Below are positions 1 to 8,909 of a stretch of DNA of 32,000 bases, piece after piece. The stretch is from contig NZ_CP089291.1 of the NCBI RefSeq assembly GCF_022818495.1, positions 765,536-797,535 on the forward strand. Reading direction: 5' to 3'. Under the pieces are notes generated by a model. It was not told the origin of the DNA. It searched no databases and saw only the letters and a list, made by a program, of their open reading frames with translations. The DNA comes from Fodinisporobacter ferrooxydans. Lineage in GTDB: Bacteria; Bacillota; Bacilli; Tumebacillales; MYW30-H2. The stretch's first letter is position 1, and every line of letters begins with the position of its first letter. The translations under genes and the position numbers were made by a program.

Positions 1-41
1 ACCAGAGAAAGTTGGGAAATCTGTTTTTGGAGGTGTTTTCC

Positions 42-275
42 ATGCAACCGTATGCTTGTCCCAGTTGCAGAAATAAATCTCGATTTTATATCATGGAGCA
101 GAGTCCGGTGTCCGTAAAATTGCACCCGCAGACAGGAGAACTTGTGGAATATATATCTGCCGGGGATCCTTTGCAACAACCATATCGGGGAGAAATGCGC
201 AGAATTCAATGTGCTGTATGCGGTGTAACAGACGGGGCACATGTATTTGCAAAAACCGCGGAGCGACTGAAATAA
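42..275 (+). CDS. small zinc-ribbon protein (two CxxC pairs), function unknown
   Basis: ORF 12-275. The ATG at 42 lies 8 nt after GGAGG (29-33). The 77-aa product has CPSC ... CAVC pairs, a 4-Cys zinc-ribbon signature. No named family recognised. Confidence 0.6.
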   Translation: MQPYACPSCRNKSRFYIMEQSPVSVKLHPQTGELVEYISAGDPLQQPYRGEMRRIQCAVCGVTDGAHVFAKTAERLK

Positions 276-926
276 TCAGTTGCTCCATTTAAATCCGACC
301 TGGCGCATAATTCCCAATATCAACATCACGCCAAAGCACAGCAACGGAAGCCATCCGGCATGCGGAAACAGTCCCGTAAACCCGTTGTCTTTGGCGACCA
401 TCGCACCCGCAGTCCAGCCAAGCACGCCTGCACCAATATACGTAATCCATATATACCGATCCATAAAGCTGACAATCCAGCGACTCGCCATCACGATACA
501 GACGATGCTCAAAAACAGTCCCACGACCAAAAGGACAAAATGCCCTTGCGCCAGCGCCGCCACTGCCAAAACATTGTCCAGACTCATCGTCAAATCCGCC
601 AAAAGAATCGATATGACCGCACGGAAAAACGTCGTTCCTGTGTGAACTTCTTTTCCGCCATCCACATGAATCAATAATTTGATTGCAATATAGAACAAAA
701 GGGCGCCGCCCAGTGCCTGGATATAAGGATACTGCAACAGAATGGTTGCAGCACCTGTCATGACAATGCGCAAAACAATCGATGCCGCCGTTCCCAGCCA
801 CATCGCGATTCCCCGTTGCCGCTCTTCCAAACGCATGGTCGCCATTGCAATGACGATGGCATTGTCTGCGGATAAAACCAGGTTGACCAACAAAATACTT
901 GCCAAAATGATAAGCCAGGATACCAC
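276..926 (-). CDS. TerC-family integral membrane protein (YjbE-like)
   Basis: Multi-TM protein with duplicated SADNA / SLDNV motifs typical of TerC-family proteins. The GTG at 926 is preceded by AAGGAG (934-939) with a 7-nt spacer. The ORF-track start at 944 is also GTG but has no SD. Its stop abuts the stop of the 42-275 gene with no spacer. Confidence 0.85.
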   Translation of the reverse strand: MVSWLIILASILLVNLVLSADNAIVIAMATMRLEERQRGIAMWLGTAASIVLRIVMTGAATILLQYPYIQALGGALLFYIAIKLLIHVDGGKEVHTGTTFFRAVISILLADLTMSLDNVLAVAALAQGHFVLLVVGLFLSIVCIVMASRWIVSFMDRYIWITYIGAGVLGWTAGAMVAKDNGFTGLFPHAGWLPLLCFGVMLILGIMRQVGFKWSN

Positions 927-1114
927 AGGATCACTCCTTGTCACAAACTTGTACTATATGTATGCTGATTCCTGAAAAATCAGTCCATTGCACAGAAATC
1001 CAGCTGGGCACTCGACCATTTTTCAAAAAATCGTCTTTGACGAGGAGCAGAATGAAGTACTGTTGGGTAAATATATAGTAGGCATAGAAAATGAGGCAGA
1101 AGGAGGAAAATACT

Positions 1115-1234
1115 ATGTTCGGGCTCTTTCCAGCGGCATTCGCTGCATGGCCGATCTGGTTTCTCGCCGCATTTGCCGTATTGTTTGCGATCTGGTTTAT
1201 TATCCCACGATGGAGCCCCGCTGTTGCAGTTTAA
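1115..1234 (+). CDS. candidate 39-aa hydrophobic small protein
   Basis: ATG at 1115 lies 8 nt after AAGGAGG (1100-1106). Translation is MFGLFPAAFAAWPIWFLAAFAVLFAIWFIIPRWSPAVAV, one predicted TM helix. It is below the ORF-track length cut-off, so coding status is unproven. Confidence 0.4.
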   Translation: MFGLFPAAFAAWPIWFLAAFAVLFAIWFIIPRWSPAVAV

Positions 1235-1391
1235 TCTACCGTCGGAGTTCACCCGGAATGACCAGGGATCGACGTTCTGACAAACATCCCAAGCTGCAAC
1301 CTGCCTAATCCTTGTGCAAGCATCAAAATAAAAACGATTCATTGGATTGAAACCATGAACACAATCACATAAGGTCTGGGATACAGCAATA

Positions 1392-1420
1392 AGCCGGGAT
1401 CGGGTCCCCGGCTTTTTATT
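1392..1420 (+). terminator. rho-independent terminator hairpin
   Basis: AGCCGGG (1392-1398) pairs with CCCGGCT (1407-1413) and is followed by TTTTTATT on the plus strand. It lies downstream of the small ORF and just past the stop of the minus-strand thioesterase gene. Confidence 0.65.
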
Positions 1421-1486
1421 CATTTGTTGAACGCTGTACTGCTTGGCTGCTGCAGATGCCATAAAAGCGACCGCGGGCAACCCCTC

Positions 1487-1876
1487 CTATCTGTCCCGGA
1501 TGGCTACCGTACACCTGGAAATACAAATCAACTTATCCGCCTCATCTTCCAGCCGTATTTCCCAGACCATCGTGGTCCGTCCTTTAAATAAAGGCGCAGC
1601 AGTCGCCTTTACGATCCCGTCCTGCTTGCTGCGCAGATGATTCGCATTGATTTCCAGGCCCACAGCATACTGTTTCTCCAAGTCAATATTGGCAAATGTA
1701 CCGATGCTGGCGACCGTTTCCGCCAAAGCAACAGATGCACCGCCATGCAAAAGTCCGAACGGCTGATGTGTGCGATGATCGACAGGCATCGTACCTACCA
1801 CCCGATCCGGTGAGACTTCTTTCAACTCAATCCCAAGCAACTCCAACATGGTTCCTTTTGTATTCCATTCCGCCAT
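1487..1876 (-). CDS. PaaI/YuxO-type hotdog-fold acyl-CoA thioesterase
   Basis: 129 aa with the motif HQPFGLLHGGASVALAETVAS and overall length typical of PaaI/MenI-like 4HBT thioesterases. Confidence 0.85.
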   Translation of the reverse strand: MAEWNTKGTMLELLGIELKEVSPDRVVGTMPVDHRTHQPFGLLHGGASVALAETVASIGTFANIDLEKQYAVGLEINANHLRSKQDGIVKATAAPLFKGRTTMVWEIRLEDEADKLICISRCTVAIRDR

Positions 1877-2078
1877 TTTTCACCCTCGTTTTATACAGAA
1901 TTTCTATCGCTACTTGCATATTCATTCTAACAGACAAATTACATGTTCGTGAATGAATCAAGAAGGATTCAAGTGGTCGGGAGCAAATATAACAACGTAA
2001 CAAAATCAATCCATCATCTAGAGACATCATCCAGAGAAAAATTTCTGAATTTTCAAAACAACTTTAGGAGGGGGCACA

Positions 2079-3794
2079 ATGACACTGCTTCGCAATCTGT
2101 CCGTTCGTTTCAAAATTATCGTATTACTTTTTATTGCCATCCTTGCATTGGCCAGTATTTGGATCGTCAATTACAACACAATGAACAAAATGAACGAGAA
2201 TACAGTTTCCATGTACCAGGAGCAACTTCTTCCCGTTCAGTGGATTGAATCCATTCGCGCAGACAACACACAGATTTTTTCCGATATTTTGGAAATGATC
2301 ATTTCTGACGATCCCGGTGTGGATGGCCGCATGGACATAGACATTAGCGCCCGTACGAAAGAGATTCAAAAATTGCTCGATCAATACGGGAAAGTGAATC
2401 TTGATTCCTACGAGAAAAACAATCTGGAAAGTCTCAATATTTCCTGGCAGCAGTACATGCATGTACACGCCAGAACGATTGCGATTGCCGAGCAGTTGGG
2501 CAAGCAGAACGAAGCGTACGATGCGTATACGACAGACCTTTTCCCCGTCCGGCAACAACTGGATGATATTTTACATAAATTAAGCGTTCATACGGAACAA
2601 GTGGCAAATCAAATCAATCAACAAAATCAACAATCCTTTCTTCACACAAAATTCGTTTCTATCGTTATCTTTGCCGTCGCTATTTTCATATGCGCATTCA
2701 TTGGCATGCTCATTGACGGAACCATACGCAAGCCTATCATACAAATTCAAACCGTTATGAAACAGGCCGAAGCAGGTGACTTGACCGTTCAGGGAAATTA
2801 CCGTTCCAAGGATGAAATCGGTCAATTGATGCGATCCTTCAATTCCATGATCACAGGTTTGCAAGTCTTGATTCGACAAGTAAGGGATAATGCGATCAGC
2901 CTTGCCGCCACTGCGGAACAACTACAGGCAAGTTCCGAACATACAAGCAAAGCAAGTGAACAGATTGCCGTTTCCATCCAAGAGATGTCAGCCGGCACGG
3001 AAATACAGGTGCACAGCGTCGATGAAACGGTTCAGACGGTAGAACAGATGTCTGCAAGCGTGCAACAAATCGCTGCAAGTTCACAGGAAGTCTCTACAAA
3101 GGCATCCAATGCCCTCAATACGGCAAATCAGGGATCGCAAGCGATTCACAAAACGATTCAACAAATGAACTCGATTCATGCAACTGTGGATCAATCAGCC
3201 CAAACGATTCGTGAACTCGGAGAGCAGGCACATCATATCGGTACGATCGTCGAAACGATCTCAGGAATCGCTGCACAGACAAATCTTTTGGCTTTAAACG
3301 CTGCCATTGAAGCTGCAAGAGCAGGGGAGCATGGAAGAGGATTTTCTGTAGTGGCGGATGAAGTGAGAAAATTGGCGGAAGAATCGTCCAAATCTGCCAA
3401 ACAAATTTCCGACTATATCACTTCCATTCACCAAAAAATCGGTTCTGTCGTAAAATCGATGGAACAAGGGACACGGGAAGTAACGACGGGAATCGATGTT
3501 GTGCAAGTGGCCGGACAATCCTTTCAAAATATACAGACAGCAGTACAGGATGTGGCAACTCAAATCAAAGACGTATCTGCATCTGTGCAGCAAATGGCGG
3601 CTGGTGCTGAACAAGTAGTCAAAGCCATCGCTTCCATTTCCACAACGGCCGATCGTTCCTTATCCGGTGTGAAGATCGTCTCGACTGCAACCGAAGAACA
3701 ACTGGCGTCCATGCAGGAAATTACCGCATCCGCCCATTCCTTATCGATGATGGCAGATGAACTGGAACAACTGGTGAAGACATTTAATGTATGA
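2079..3794 (+). CDS. methyl-accepting chemotaxis protein
   Basis: 571 aa. It has an N-terminal TM segment, a sensor region of about 170 aa, a second TM segment, a HAMP-like linker, and the conserved signalling hairpin [48 protein letters not shown] sits just upstream of the ATG. Confidence 0.92.
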   Translation: MTLLRNLSVRFKIIVLLFIAILALASIWIVNYNTMNKMNENTVSMYQEQLLPVQWIESIRADNTQIFSDILEMIISDDPGVDGRMDIDISARTKEIQKLLDQYGKVNLDSYEKNNLESLNISWQQYMHVHARTIAIAEQLGKQNEAYDAYTTDLFPVRQQLDDILHKLSVHTEQVANQINQQNQQSFLHTKFVSIVIFAVAIFICAFIGMLIDGTIRKPIIQIQTVMKQAEAGDLTVQGNYRSKDEIGQLMRSFNSMITGLQVLIRQVRDNAISLAATAEQLQASSEHTSKASEQIAVSIQEMSAGTEIQVHSVDETVQTVEQMSASVQQIAASSQEVSTKASNALNTANQGSQAIHKTIQQMNSIHATVDQSAQTIRELGEQAHHIGTIVETISGIAAQTNLLALNAAIEAARAGEHGRGFSVVADEVRKLAEESSKSAKQISDYITSIHQKIGSVVKSMEQGTREVTTGIDVVQVAGQSFQNIQTAVQDVATQIKDVSASVQQMAAGAEQVVKAIASISTTADRSLSGVKIVSTATEEQLASMQEITASAHSLSMMADELEQLVKTFNV

Positions 3795-3800
3795 AAAATA

Positions 3801-3850
3801 GGGACTCCTGCACATGACTGCAAATGCTCGCAAGCGTGTGAAGGAGTCCC
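3801..3850 (-). terminator. terminator hairpin of the arg operon, probably shared with the convergent MCP gene
   Basis: GGGACTCCT (3801-3809) pairs with AGGAGTCCC (3842-3850), with extra inner pairing CACATG/CGTGTG. On the minus strand the stem is followed by TATTTTT. The MCP gene ends at 3794 and argD ends at 3865. Confidence 0.6.
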
Positions 3851-3864
3851 GATCTGAATGTTTG

Positions 3865-5088
3865 TTATACAGTCGCCGCGGATTGTATAGCTTGGTCTTG
3901 TTCTTGGAAGGCTTGTTTTAACACGCTGACTCCTTGATCGAGCTGCTGCTGCTCCACAATCAAAGGCGGCAGAATGCGCACCGTATTTGCCCCTGCCACC
4001 AAAACAATCAAACCCTTATCCAAACAACGTTTGACAATCTCATTGGCAACCGGTTTTTCTACGACAATTCCTTGGATCAATCCCAATCCCCGAATTTCTT
4101 TTACCCAATCGTAGGATTGCACCAACGCTTGCAACGCATCCTGCAAGTACGCGCCCGTCTCCTGTACATGCTGCAAAAAGGCGGGTTCTTTCACAATCTC
4201 AATGGTAGCAACGCCGGCAGCGGTGACAAGCGGATTGCCCCCAAATGTCGTGCCGTGGGTGCCTGGTGTAAACACTTTGGAAATTTCCGCTTTTGCCAAA
4301 ACAGCGCCAATCGGCACGCCATTTCCCAATCCCTTGGCCAATGTCATGATGTCCGGAATGACACCGAATTGCTGATAGGCAAATAACGTACCTGTCCGCC
4401 CGCAACCCGTTTGCACTTCATCGAAAATCAACAACACTTGATGTTCGGTACACCATGCCCGCAATTCCTGCAAGAATTCCTCGGCAAATGGTATGACTCC
4501 GCCTTCCCCTTGAATCGGCTCCAACATGACAGCACAGGTGGCTTCTGTGTAGAGTGCTTTGACACTCTCCATATCCCCAGGCACCGCATGTGCAAAGCCA
4601 GGTGTCAATGGTGCAAAGCCTTCCTGGTATTTGGGCGTCGGTGTAGCGGCGAGGGCGCCGAATGTCCGACCGTGAAACGCATTGTGAAACGTGATAATTT
4701 CATGTTTTTCCGGCCCATATGTCAATTGGGCATACCGCCGCGCCAGCTTGATCGCACCTTCATTTGCCTCTGCGCCGCTATTGCAAAAAAGCACCTGGTC
4801 AAAATCGGAGTTTTCCACAAGCAACTGCGCCAATTTCGTTTGTGCAGGAATGTGAAAAAGATTGGAGCAATGCAGCAATTGTCCCGCTTGTTCAGAAATC
4901 GCAGCGGTAACCGCCGGATGTGCATGGCCAAGCGATGTTACGGCGATTCCGCTGCTGAAATCCAAAAATTTCTTGCCTTCCAAATCGTATAAAAAACACC
5001 CTTCGCCTTTTGCAAAGGCGATTGGCAGCCGCCCGTAATTGGGCATCAAATATTGTTTGGACGCGGAAAAAAGCTCCTCATACGTCAT
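3865..5088 (-). CDS. argD: acetylornithine aminotransferase (class III PLP aminotransferase)
   Basis: Class III aminotransferase sequence (e.g. DEVQTGCGRTGTLFAYQ, TLAKGLGNG) as the last gene of argCJBD. The likely start is MTYEELF at 5088, preceded by a GGGGGGA SD-like run. The ORF-track extension to 5145 runs through a repeat and is unlikely to be translated. Confidence 0.9.
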   Translation of the reverse strand: MTYEELFSASKQYLMPNYGRLPIAFAKGEGCFLYDLEGKKFLDFSSGIAVTSLGHAHPAVTAAISEQAGQLLHCSNLFHIPAQTKLAQLLVENSDFDQVLFCNSGAEANEGAIKLARRYAQLTYGPEKHEIITFHNAFHGRTFGALAATPTPKYQEGFAPLTPGFAHAVPGDMESVKALYTEATCAVMLEPIQGEGGVIPFAEEFLQELRAWCTEHQVLLIFDEVQTGCGRTGTLFAYQQFGVIPDIMTLAKGLGNGVPIGAVLAKAEISKVFTPGTHGTTFGGNPLVTAAGVATIEIVKEPAFLQHVQETGAYLQDALQALVQSYDWVKEIRGLGLIQGIVVEKPVANEIVKRCLDKGLIVLVAGANTVRILPPLIVEQQQLDQGVSVLKQAFQEQDQAIQSAATV

Positions 5089-5104
5089 CCCGTATTCCCC
5101 CCTG

Positions 5105-5146
5105 CATTGGATGTGTCGGCACACACATTGGATGTATCGGTACACA
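5105..5146. repeat. tandem 21-bp direct repeat, each unit containing a short palindrome
   Basis: CATTGGATGTGTCGGCACACA (5105-5125) and CATTGGATGTATCGGTACACA (5126-5146) match at 19/21 positions. Unit 1 contains the perfect hairpin ATGTGT-cggc-ACACAT. The repeat sits in the argD leader, 16 nt from the start codon. Confidence 0.9.
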
Positions 5147-5277
5147 TGCCATGTTTTCTAACATGCATACATGCAATATGACGCCGCCATTTTTACCTCA
5201 CTGCATTTTGCACGGCAATTTCTACGCCAATGTCTTTCGTCATACTTTTCTTTTTTCCGTGTTTTTACTCACAATTT

Positions 5278-6075
5278 TTACGCCACAATTTTTGTGCCAT
5301 GAGGCAATTGTTCAATCAGCGTTTCCGCCAAAATGCCGGTTTTGCGTCCATCGACAATCTGTACCAGCTGCGCACCCGCTTCCAGCGCATATAGACAGGC
5401 TTCCATCTTGGGAATCATGCCGCCGTAAATTTCACCGCTTGCAATCATGCTCTCAATCTCTTGCCTGGTCAGTGTATCGGCGACAATCGGCTGTCCGTCT
5501 GACTGTGTGTGTGACTGGCGCATGACGCCGGCAACGTCCGTTAAAAATATGCATCGGCTTGCTTGCAACGCTCCCGCAATCGCGCCTGCCGCTTCATCCG
5601 CATTAATATTAAAGCGTTGACCTTGCGCATCCATCCCGATCGGTGCGACGACAGGAATGTATTGGGTCGCAACCGCAACTTCCAGAAGTTCCGTAGCGAC
5701 TGACTTGACATCGCCGACAAACCCCAGCTCCGGCAGCTTCTGCCGCACTTGGATCATGCCGCCATCGACTCCGGAAAGGCCGATCGCTTTTCCGCCCTGT
5801 TTTTGAATTTCCGCCACCAGCTGCAGATTTACTTTTCCCCGCAGAACCATTTCTACTACATCCAATGTCGGCGCATCTGTCAAACGCAAACCGTTGACAA
5901 ACTTGCCTTCAATCTGCAGACGGCTCAACATCGAAGTGATGTCTTTACCGCCGCCGTGCACCAACACAGGCTTCCATCCGGATTGCTGCAATTTCAATAC
6001 GTCCTGAATCACGTCTGCCAATCCGCTGCCGATGGAACTCCCGCCATATTTGATGACAACAATCTCGCCATGCAT
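5278..6075 (-). CDS. argB: acetylglutamate kinase
   Basis: 265 aa. N-terminal VIKYGGSS, then VLVHGGG and the amino-acid kinase fold. Position in the arg operon supports the call. Confidence 0.92.
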   Translation of the reverse strand: MHGEIVVIKYGGSSIGSGLADVIQDVLKLQQSGWKPVLVHGGGKDITSMLSRLQIEGKFVNGLRLTDAPTLDVVEMVLRGKVNLQLVAEIQKQGGKAIGLSGVDGGMIQVRQKLPELGFVGDVKSVATELLEVAVATQYIPVVAPIGMDAQGQRFNINADEAAGAIAGALQASRCIFLTDVAGVMRQSHTQSDGQPIVADTLTRQEIESMIASGEIYGGMIPKMEACLYALEAGAQLVQIVDGRKTGILAETLIEQLPHGTKIVA

Positions 6076-6244
6076 GAATCGATCAACCTTTCGTATCTTG
6101 CATTCAGTCTTGTCATTTATTGAAATATCCTAACACTTGAAGACACTCGAAGCGATTTTCTGAAATCCGCTTTCGATTCAGAACTGCCGGTTTGATTCCG
6201 AGTAGCCGACTTCTGTTTTTTGCCGTTCTACGCCACTAGTCTAT

Positions 6245-7474
6245 TTAGCTGCGATAACTTGCGTTGATCTTGACATAATCATACGTTAAATCGCAACCAT
6301 ACGCAGTGGCTGCCGCTTCTCCCAAGCCCAGATCGACTTTGATCACAACCGGATCGCCCAGCAAATATTCTTTCGCGGCTTCCTCATCAAAGGGAATGCC
6401 CATTCCCTTCTTCGCAACCGGTATATTACCCAGCCAAATATCTACCGACTCTTGCACAATGTCCACACCTGCATAACCAACGGCACATAGAATGCGGCCC
6501 CAGTTGGCATCCGCTCCATAGACAGCCGTTTTGACAAGATTCGACCCAATAATCGCTTTGGCGATTTTCCGCGCATCTTCGACCGATTTCGCGCCATGTA
6601 CGCGCGCTTCCACAAGTTTTGTCGCACCTTCTCCATCGCGGGCAATCGATTTTGCCAGATATACAGCCACATCCTGAAATGCCTGTGCAAACACCGGCCA
6701 ATCCGGGTGCTCCGGCGATAACAAGGATGTTCCCGCCTGCCCGTTCGCCATGACCAAAACCATATCATTTGTGCTCGTATCGCCGTCAACCGTGATCATA
6801 TTAAAGGATTCATTTGTCACGTCGCGCAGCAACTGTTGCAAATCGGCCGCCCCGACCGCCGCATCTGTTGTCAAAAAGCCCAGCATTGTCGCCATATTCG
6901 GATGAATCATGCCGGAACCTTTGACAGCGCCGCCGATCGTTACCTGTTTGCCCTCGATGTTCACGGTTGCCTGGTATTGCTTCAAACAAGTGTCAGTTGT
7001 GGTAATCGCTTTGGCAAACGTTTCAAACCCCTCGACGGCAGCTTCCCGGCACGCGGCCTTGATCCCAGTCTGCACTTGCTCCATCGGCAGCTCGACGCCG
7101 ATGACGCCTGTCGAAGCGACTGCCACATGCGCCGCAGGGATCCCCAACTGATCTGCCGTCACTGCCTGCATCGTTTGCGCGTCTTCCCAACCTTTGGCAC
7201 CTGTACAGGCATTTGCATTACCGCTATTTACAACAATCGCTTGCAAAATGCCATTCTGAACAACGGATTCATTCAACTGCACACATGCCGCGCGTACCCG
7301 GTTTAACGTAAAAACCCCGGCTGCCGCTGCCGGGACGTCCGAGACGACTATACCCAAATCGAGATGTTCTTTCTTGATTCCCGCATGTACGCCAACTGCC
7401 CGAAATCCTTTTGCCGCTGTAATCCCAAATCCGTTCATTTGGCTTACAACCTGTGTTTGCACTTGTTGTTCCAT
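6245..7474 (-). CDS. argJ: bifunctional ornithine acetyltransferase / N-acetylglutamate synthase
   Basis: 409 aa ArgJ family, including the autoproteolysis region ATMLGFLTTDA. AAGGAGGAA lies upstream and overlaps the end of argC. Confidence 0.92.
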   Translation of the reverse strand: MEQQVQTQVVSQMNGFGITAAKGFRAVGVHAGIKKEHLDLGIVVSDVPAAAAGVFTLNRVRAACVQLNESVVQNGILQAIVVNSGNANACTGAKGWEDAQTMQAVTADQLGIPAAHVAVASTGVIGVELPMEQVQTGIKAACREAAVEGFETFAKAITTTDTCLKQYQATVNIEGKQVTIGGAVKGSGMIHPNMATMLGFLTTDAAVGAADLQQLLRDVTNESFNMITVDGDTSTNDMVLVMANGQAGTSLLSPEHPDWPVFAQAFQDVAVYLAKSIARDGEGATKLVEARVHGAKSVEDARKIAKAIIGSNLVKTAVYGADANWGRILCAVGYAGVDIVQESVDIWLGNIPVAKKGMGIPFDEEAAKEYLLGDPVVIKVDLGLGEAAATAYGCDLTYDYVKINASYRS

Positions 7475-7490
7475 TCCTGCTATTTCCTCC

Positions 7491-8582
7491 TTATGGATAC
7501 AGCGGACTCATTTCGAGGCCGGTTGTCTCATCGAGCCCATACATCACATTCAAATTTTGCACTGCCTGACCTGCCGCCCCTTTGACGAGATTATCGATGA
7601 CAGAAACGGCAATCAACTGCTTCGTCCGTTGATCGAGATACAAGCCGATATCGCAATAGTTCGTTCCATATACTTCTTTTGTCTGCGGAAACTGCCCGAT
7701 CGGACGGATCCGCACAAAGGGGGAATCCTGATAAAACTCTTGATATGTCTCGTAAATCTGTTCTTGTGTGAGTTGGCCGCATGCCTTACTTTGCAGCGGC
7801 AGATAGGATGTTGCCAATATCCCCCGCGTCATCGGTACGAGATGCGGCGCAAACGTCACACAGGTATCCTGTCCGCTCGCCAGGCTAAGATGGTATTCAA
7901 TTTCCGGCGTATGTTGGTGTGCACCGATTTTATACGCCTTGAAATTTTCATTGATTTCCGAAAAATGGGTTCCCAGTCCTACGCCTCGTCCCGCTCCGGA
8001 AACACCCGACTTGGCGTCGATGATGATGCGCCTGCCATCGATCCATCCTGCCTGCAAGCTCGGCAAAATCGCCAATTGGGCGGCCGTCGTGTAGCATCCG
8101 GGATTGGATATAAACGTTGCGCCTGCCACTTTTGTGCGGGCAATTTCCGTTAGCCCGTACACTGCTTGCCGGAAAATCGCCGCATCTGCCGGCATTTTCT
8201 TATACCAAGCTTCATACAAATCAGCCGGAATCCGATGATCGCCCCCCAAGTCGATCACACGCAAGCCTTGCTCCAGCAATTGCGGAACCAAAGCGGAGGA
8301 CAATCCGGCCGGCAGTGACAAGAACACCACATCCGCGCATTGGGCAATCGTATGTACATCGATCGCTTTCAGAGTAGATACGCCATCATCATGGATGGAC
8401 AATGCCAGCGAAGACTGCAAAAGACCCGTCAAATGTGGATATACGGCCGCCAATTCCTGCCCGGTGTAGGAATCGGAGGTCAGATAGGTCAACTCCGCTT
8501 CCGGATGCCGCAGCAACAATCGGACAAGCTCAATTCCCGCATAACCGGTGGCGCCAATAATCGCAACTTTCAAATCTATCAT
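7491..8582 (-). CDS. argC: N-acetyl-gamma-glutamyl-phosphate reductase
   Basis: ArgC family (KVAIIGATGYAG, active-site region SNPGCY). Start is uncertain. The ATG at 8582 touches GGAG, whereas the TTG at 8573 lies 9 nt after GGAG and would give the canonical MKVAIIGATGYAG N-terminus. The ORF-track start at 8603 is a TTG without SD. Confidence 0.9.
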   Translation of the reverse strand: MIDLKVAIIGATGYAGIELVRLLLRHPEAELTYLTSDSYTGQELAAVYPHLTGLLQSSLALSIHDDGVSTLKAIDVHTIAQCADVVFLSLPAGLSSALVPQLLEQGLRVIDLGGDHRIPADLYEAWYKKMPADAAIFRQAVYGLTEIARTKVAGATFISNPGCYTTAAQLAILPSLQAGWIDGRRIIIDAKSGVSGAGRGVGLGTHFSEINENFKAYKIGAHQHTPEIEYHLSLASGQDTCVTFAPHLVPMTRGILATSYLPLQSKACGQLTQEQIYETYQEFYQDSPFVRIRPIGQFPQTKEVYGTNYCDIGLYLDQRTKQLIAVSVIDNLVKGAAGQAVQNLNVMYGLDETTGLEMSPLYP

Positions 8583-8677
8583 CTCCAATATTTGTTCGAA
8601 CAATCGGTTTTGTATTTTACATCAAGGGCTGCTATAAAAACTTATAGAAAATACCTGAAATAATTTGCAAAATAATA

Positions 8678-8715
8678 TATGAATTATTATACGTAAATAT
8701 GCATAATTTTTCAAT
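8678..8715. promoter_or_regulatory. two tandem ARG boxes (ArgR/AhrC operator)
   Basis: TATGAATTATTATACGTA (8678-8695) and TATGCATAATTTTTCAAT (8698-8715) are separated by 2 bp. Each matches the ARG-box consensus TNTGAATWWWWATTCANW at 16/18 positions. They overlap the argC promoter. Confidence 0.7.
8686..8714 (-). promoter_or_regulatory. sigma-A-type promoter of argCJBD
   Basis: On the minus strand, TTGAAA (8714-8709), a 17-nt spacer, then TATAAT (8691-8686), about 100 nt upstream of the argC start. Confidence 0.7.
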
Positions 8716-8780
8716 TATAAGTTTGACATGATACGTTTGACTAATATGGCACATACGGTAAGTGCGTAAAGTTAAAACGT

Positions 8781-8811
8781 ACAGAAAAAGGCACGCTTTT
8801 TCAGCATGCCT
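8781..8811 (-). terminator. rho-independent terminator after the 792-aa phosphoesterase gene
   Basis: Minus-strand AGGCATGC-tgaaaaa-GCGTGCCT forms an 8-bp stem including one G-U pair and is followed by TTTTCTG. It separates the phosphoesterase genes from the arg promoter. Confidence 0.75.
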
Positions 8812-8909
8812 GTCTATACTATACACCGATTGATTCTATTTATACGGTACGATTTCCTTTGCCCCCACAGGGATAAGTCTCACTAGGTGCTGAAGCACCA
8901 AGTTCGGCT

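Noticed and set aside
280-801. ORFs 280-645 (+), 289-801 (-) and 360-677 (+) overlapping the TerC gene
   Set aside because: These are alternative-frame or antisense shadows of a clearly recognisable TerC-family CDS. They have no SD and low-complexity, Arg/Cys/His-rich translations.
945-1114. Possible yybP-ykoY (Mn2+) riboswitch upstream of the TerC-family gene
   Set aside because: I read the minus-strand leader and found none of the conserved riboswitch core segments, only a 6-bp hairpin (CTGATT/AATCAG). Only an Rfam scan would be decisive.
980-1480. 166-aa minus-strand ORF and 106-aa plus-strand ORF (988-1308)
   Set aside because: They have no SD and implausible composition. They span a terminator hairpin and a better-supported small ORF, so they are likely non-coding intergenic DNA.
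5089-5145. N-terminal extension of the argD ORF (MYRYIQCVCRHIQCRGEYG)
   Set aside because: The extension is simply the translation of the tandem 21-bp repeat. The conserved ArgD N-terminus begins at the ATG at 5088, which has an SD-like G-run.
3934-8663. Numerous plus-strand ORFs antisense to argD/B/J/C (e.g. 4411-4992, 5010-5525, 6836-7306, 7374-8153, 8340-8663)
   Set aside because: They lie opposite strongly recognisable arg genes. Their translations are Cys/Arg/His-rich with no SD, which is typical of antisense frames.
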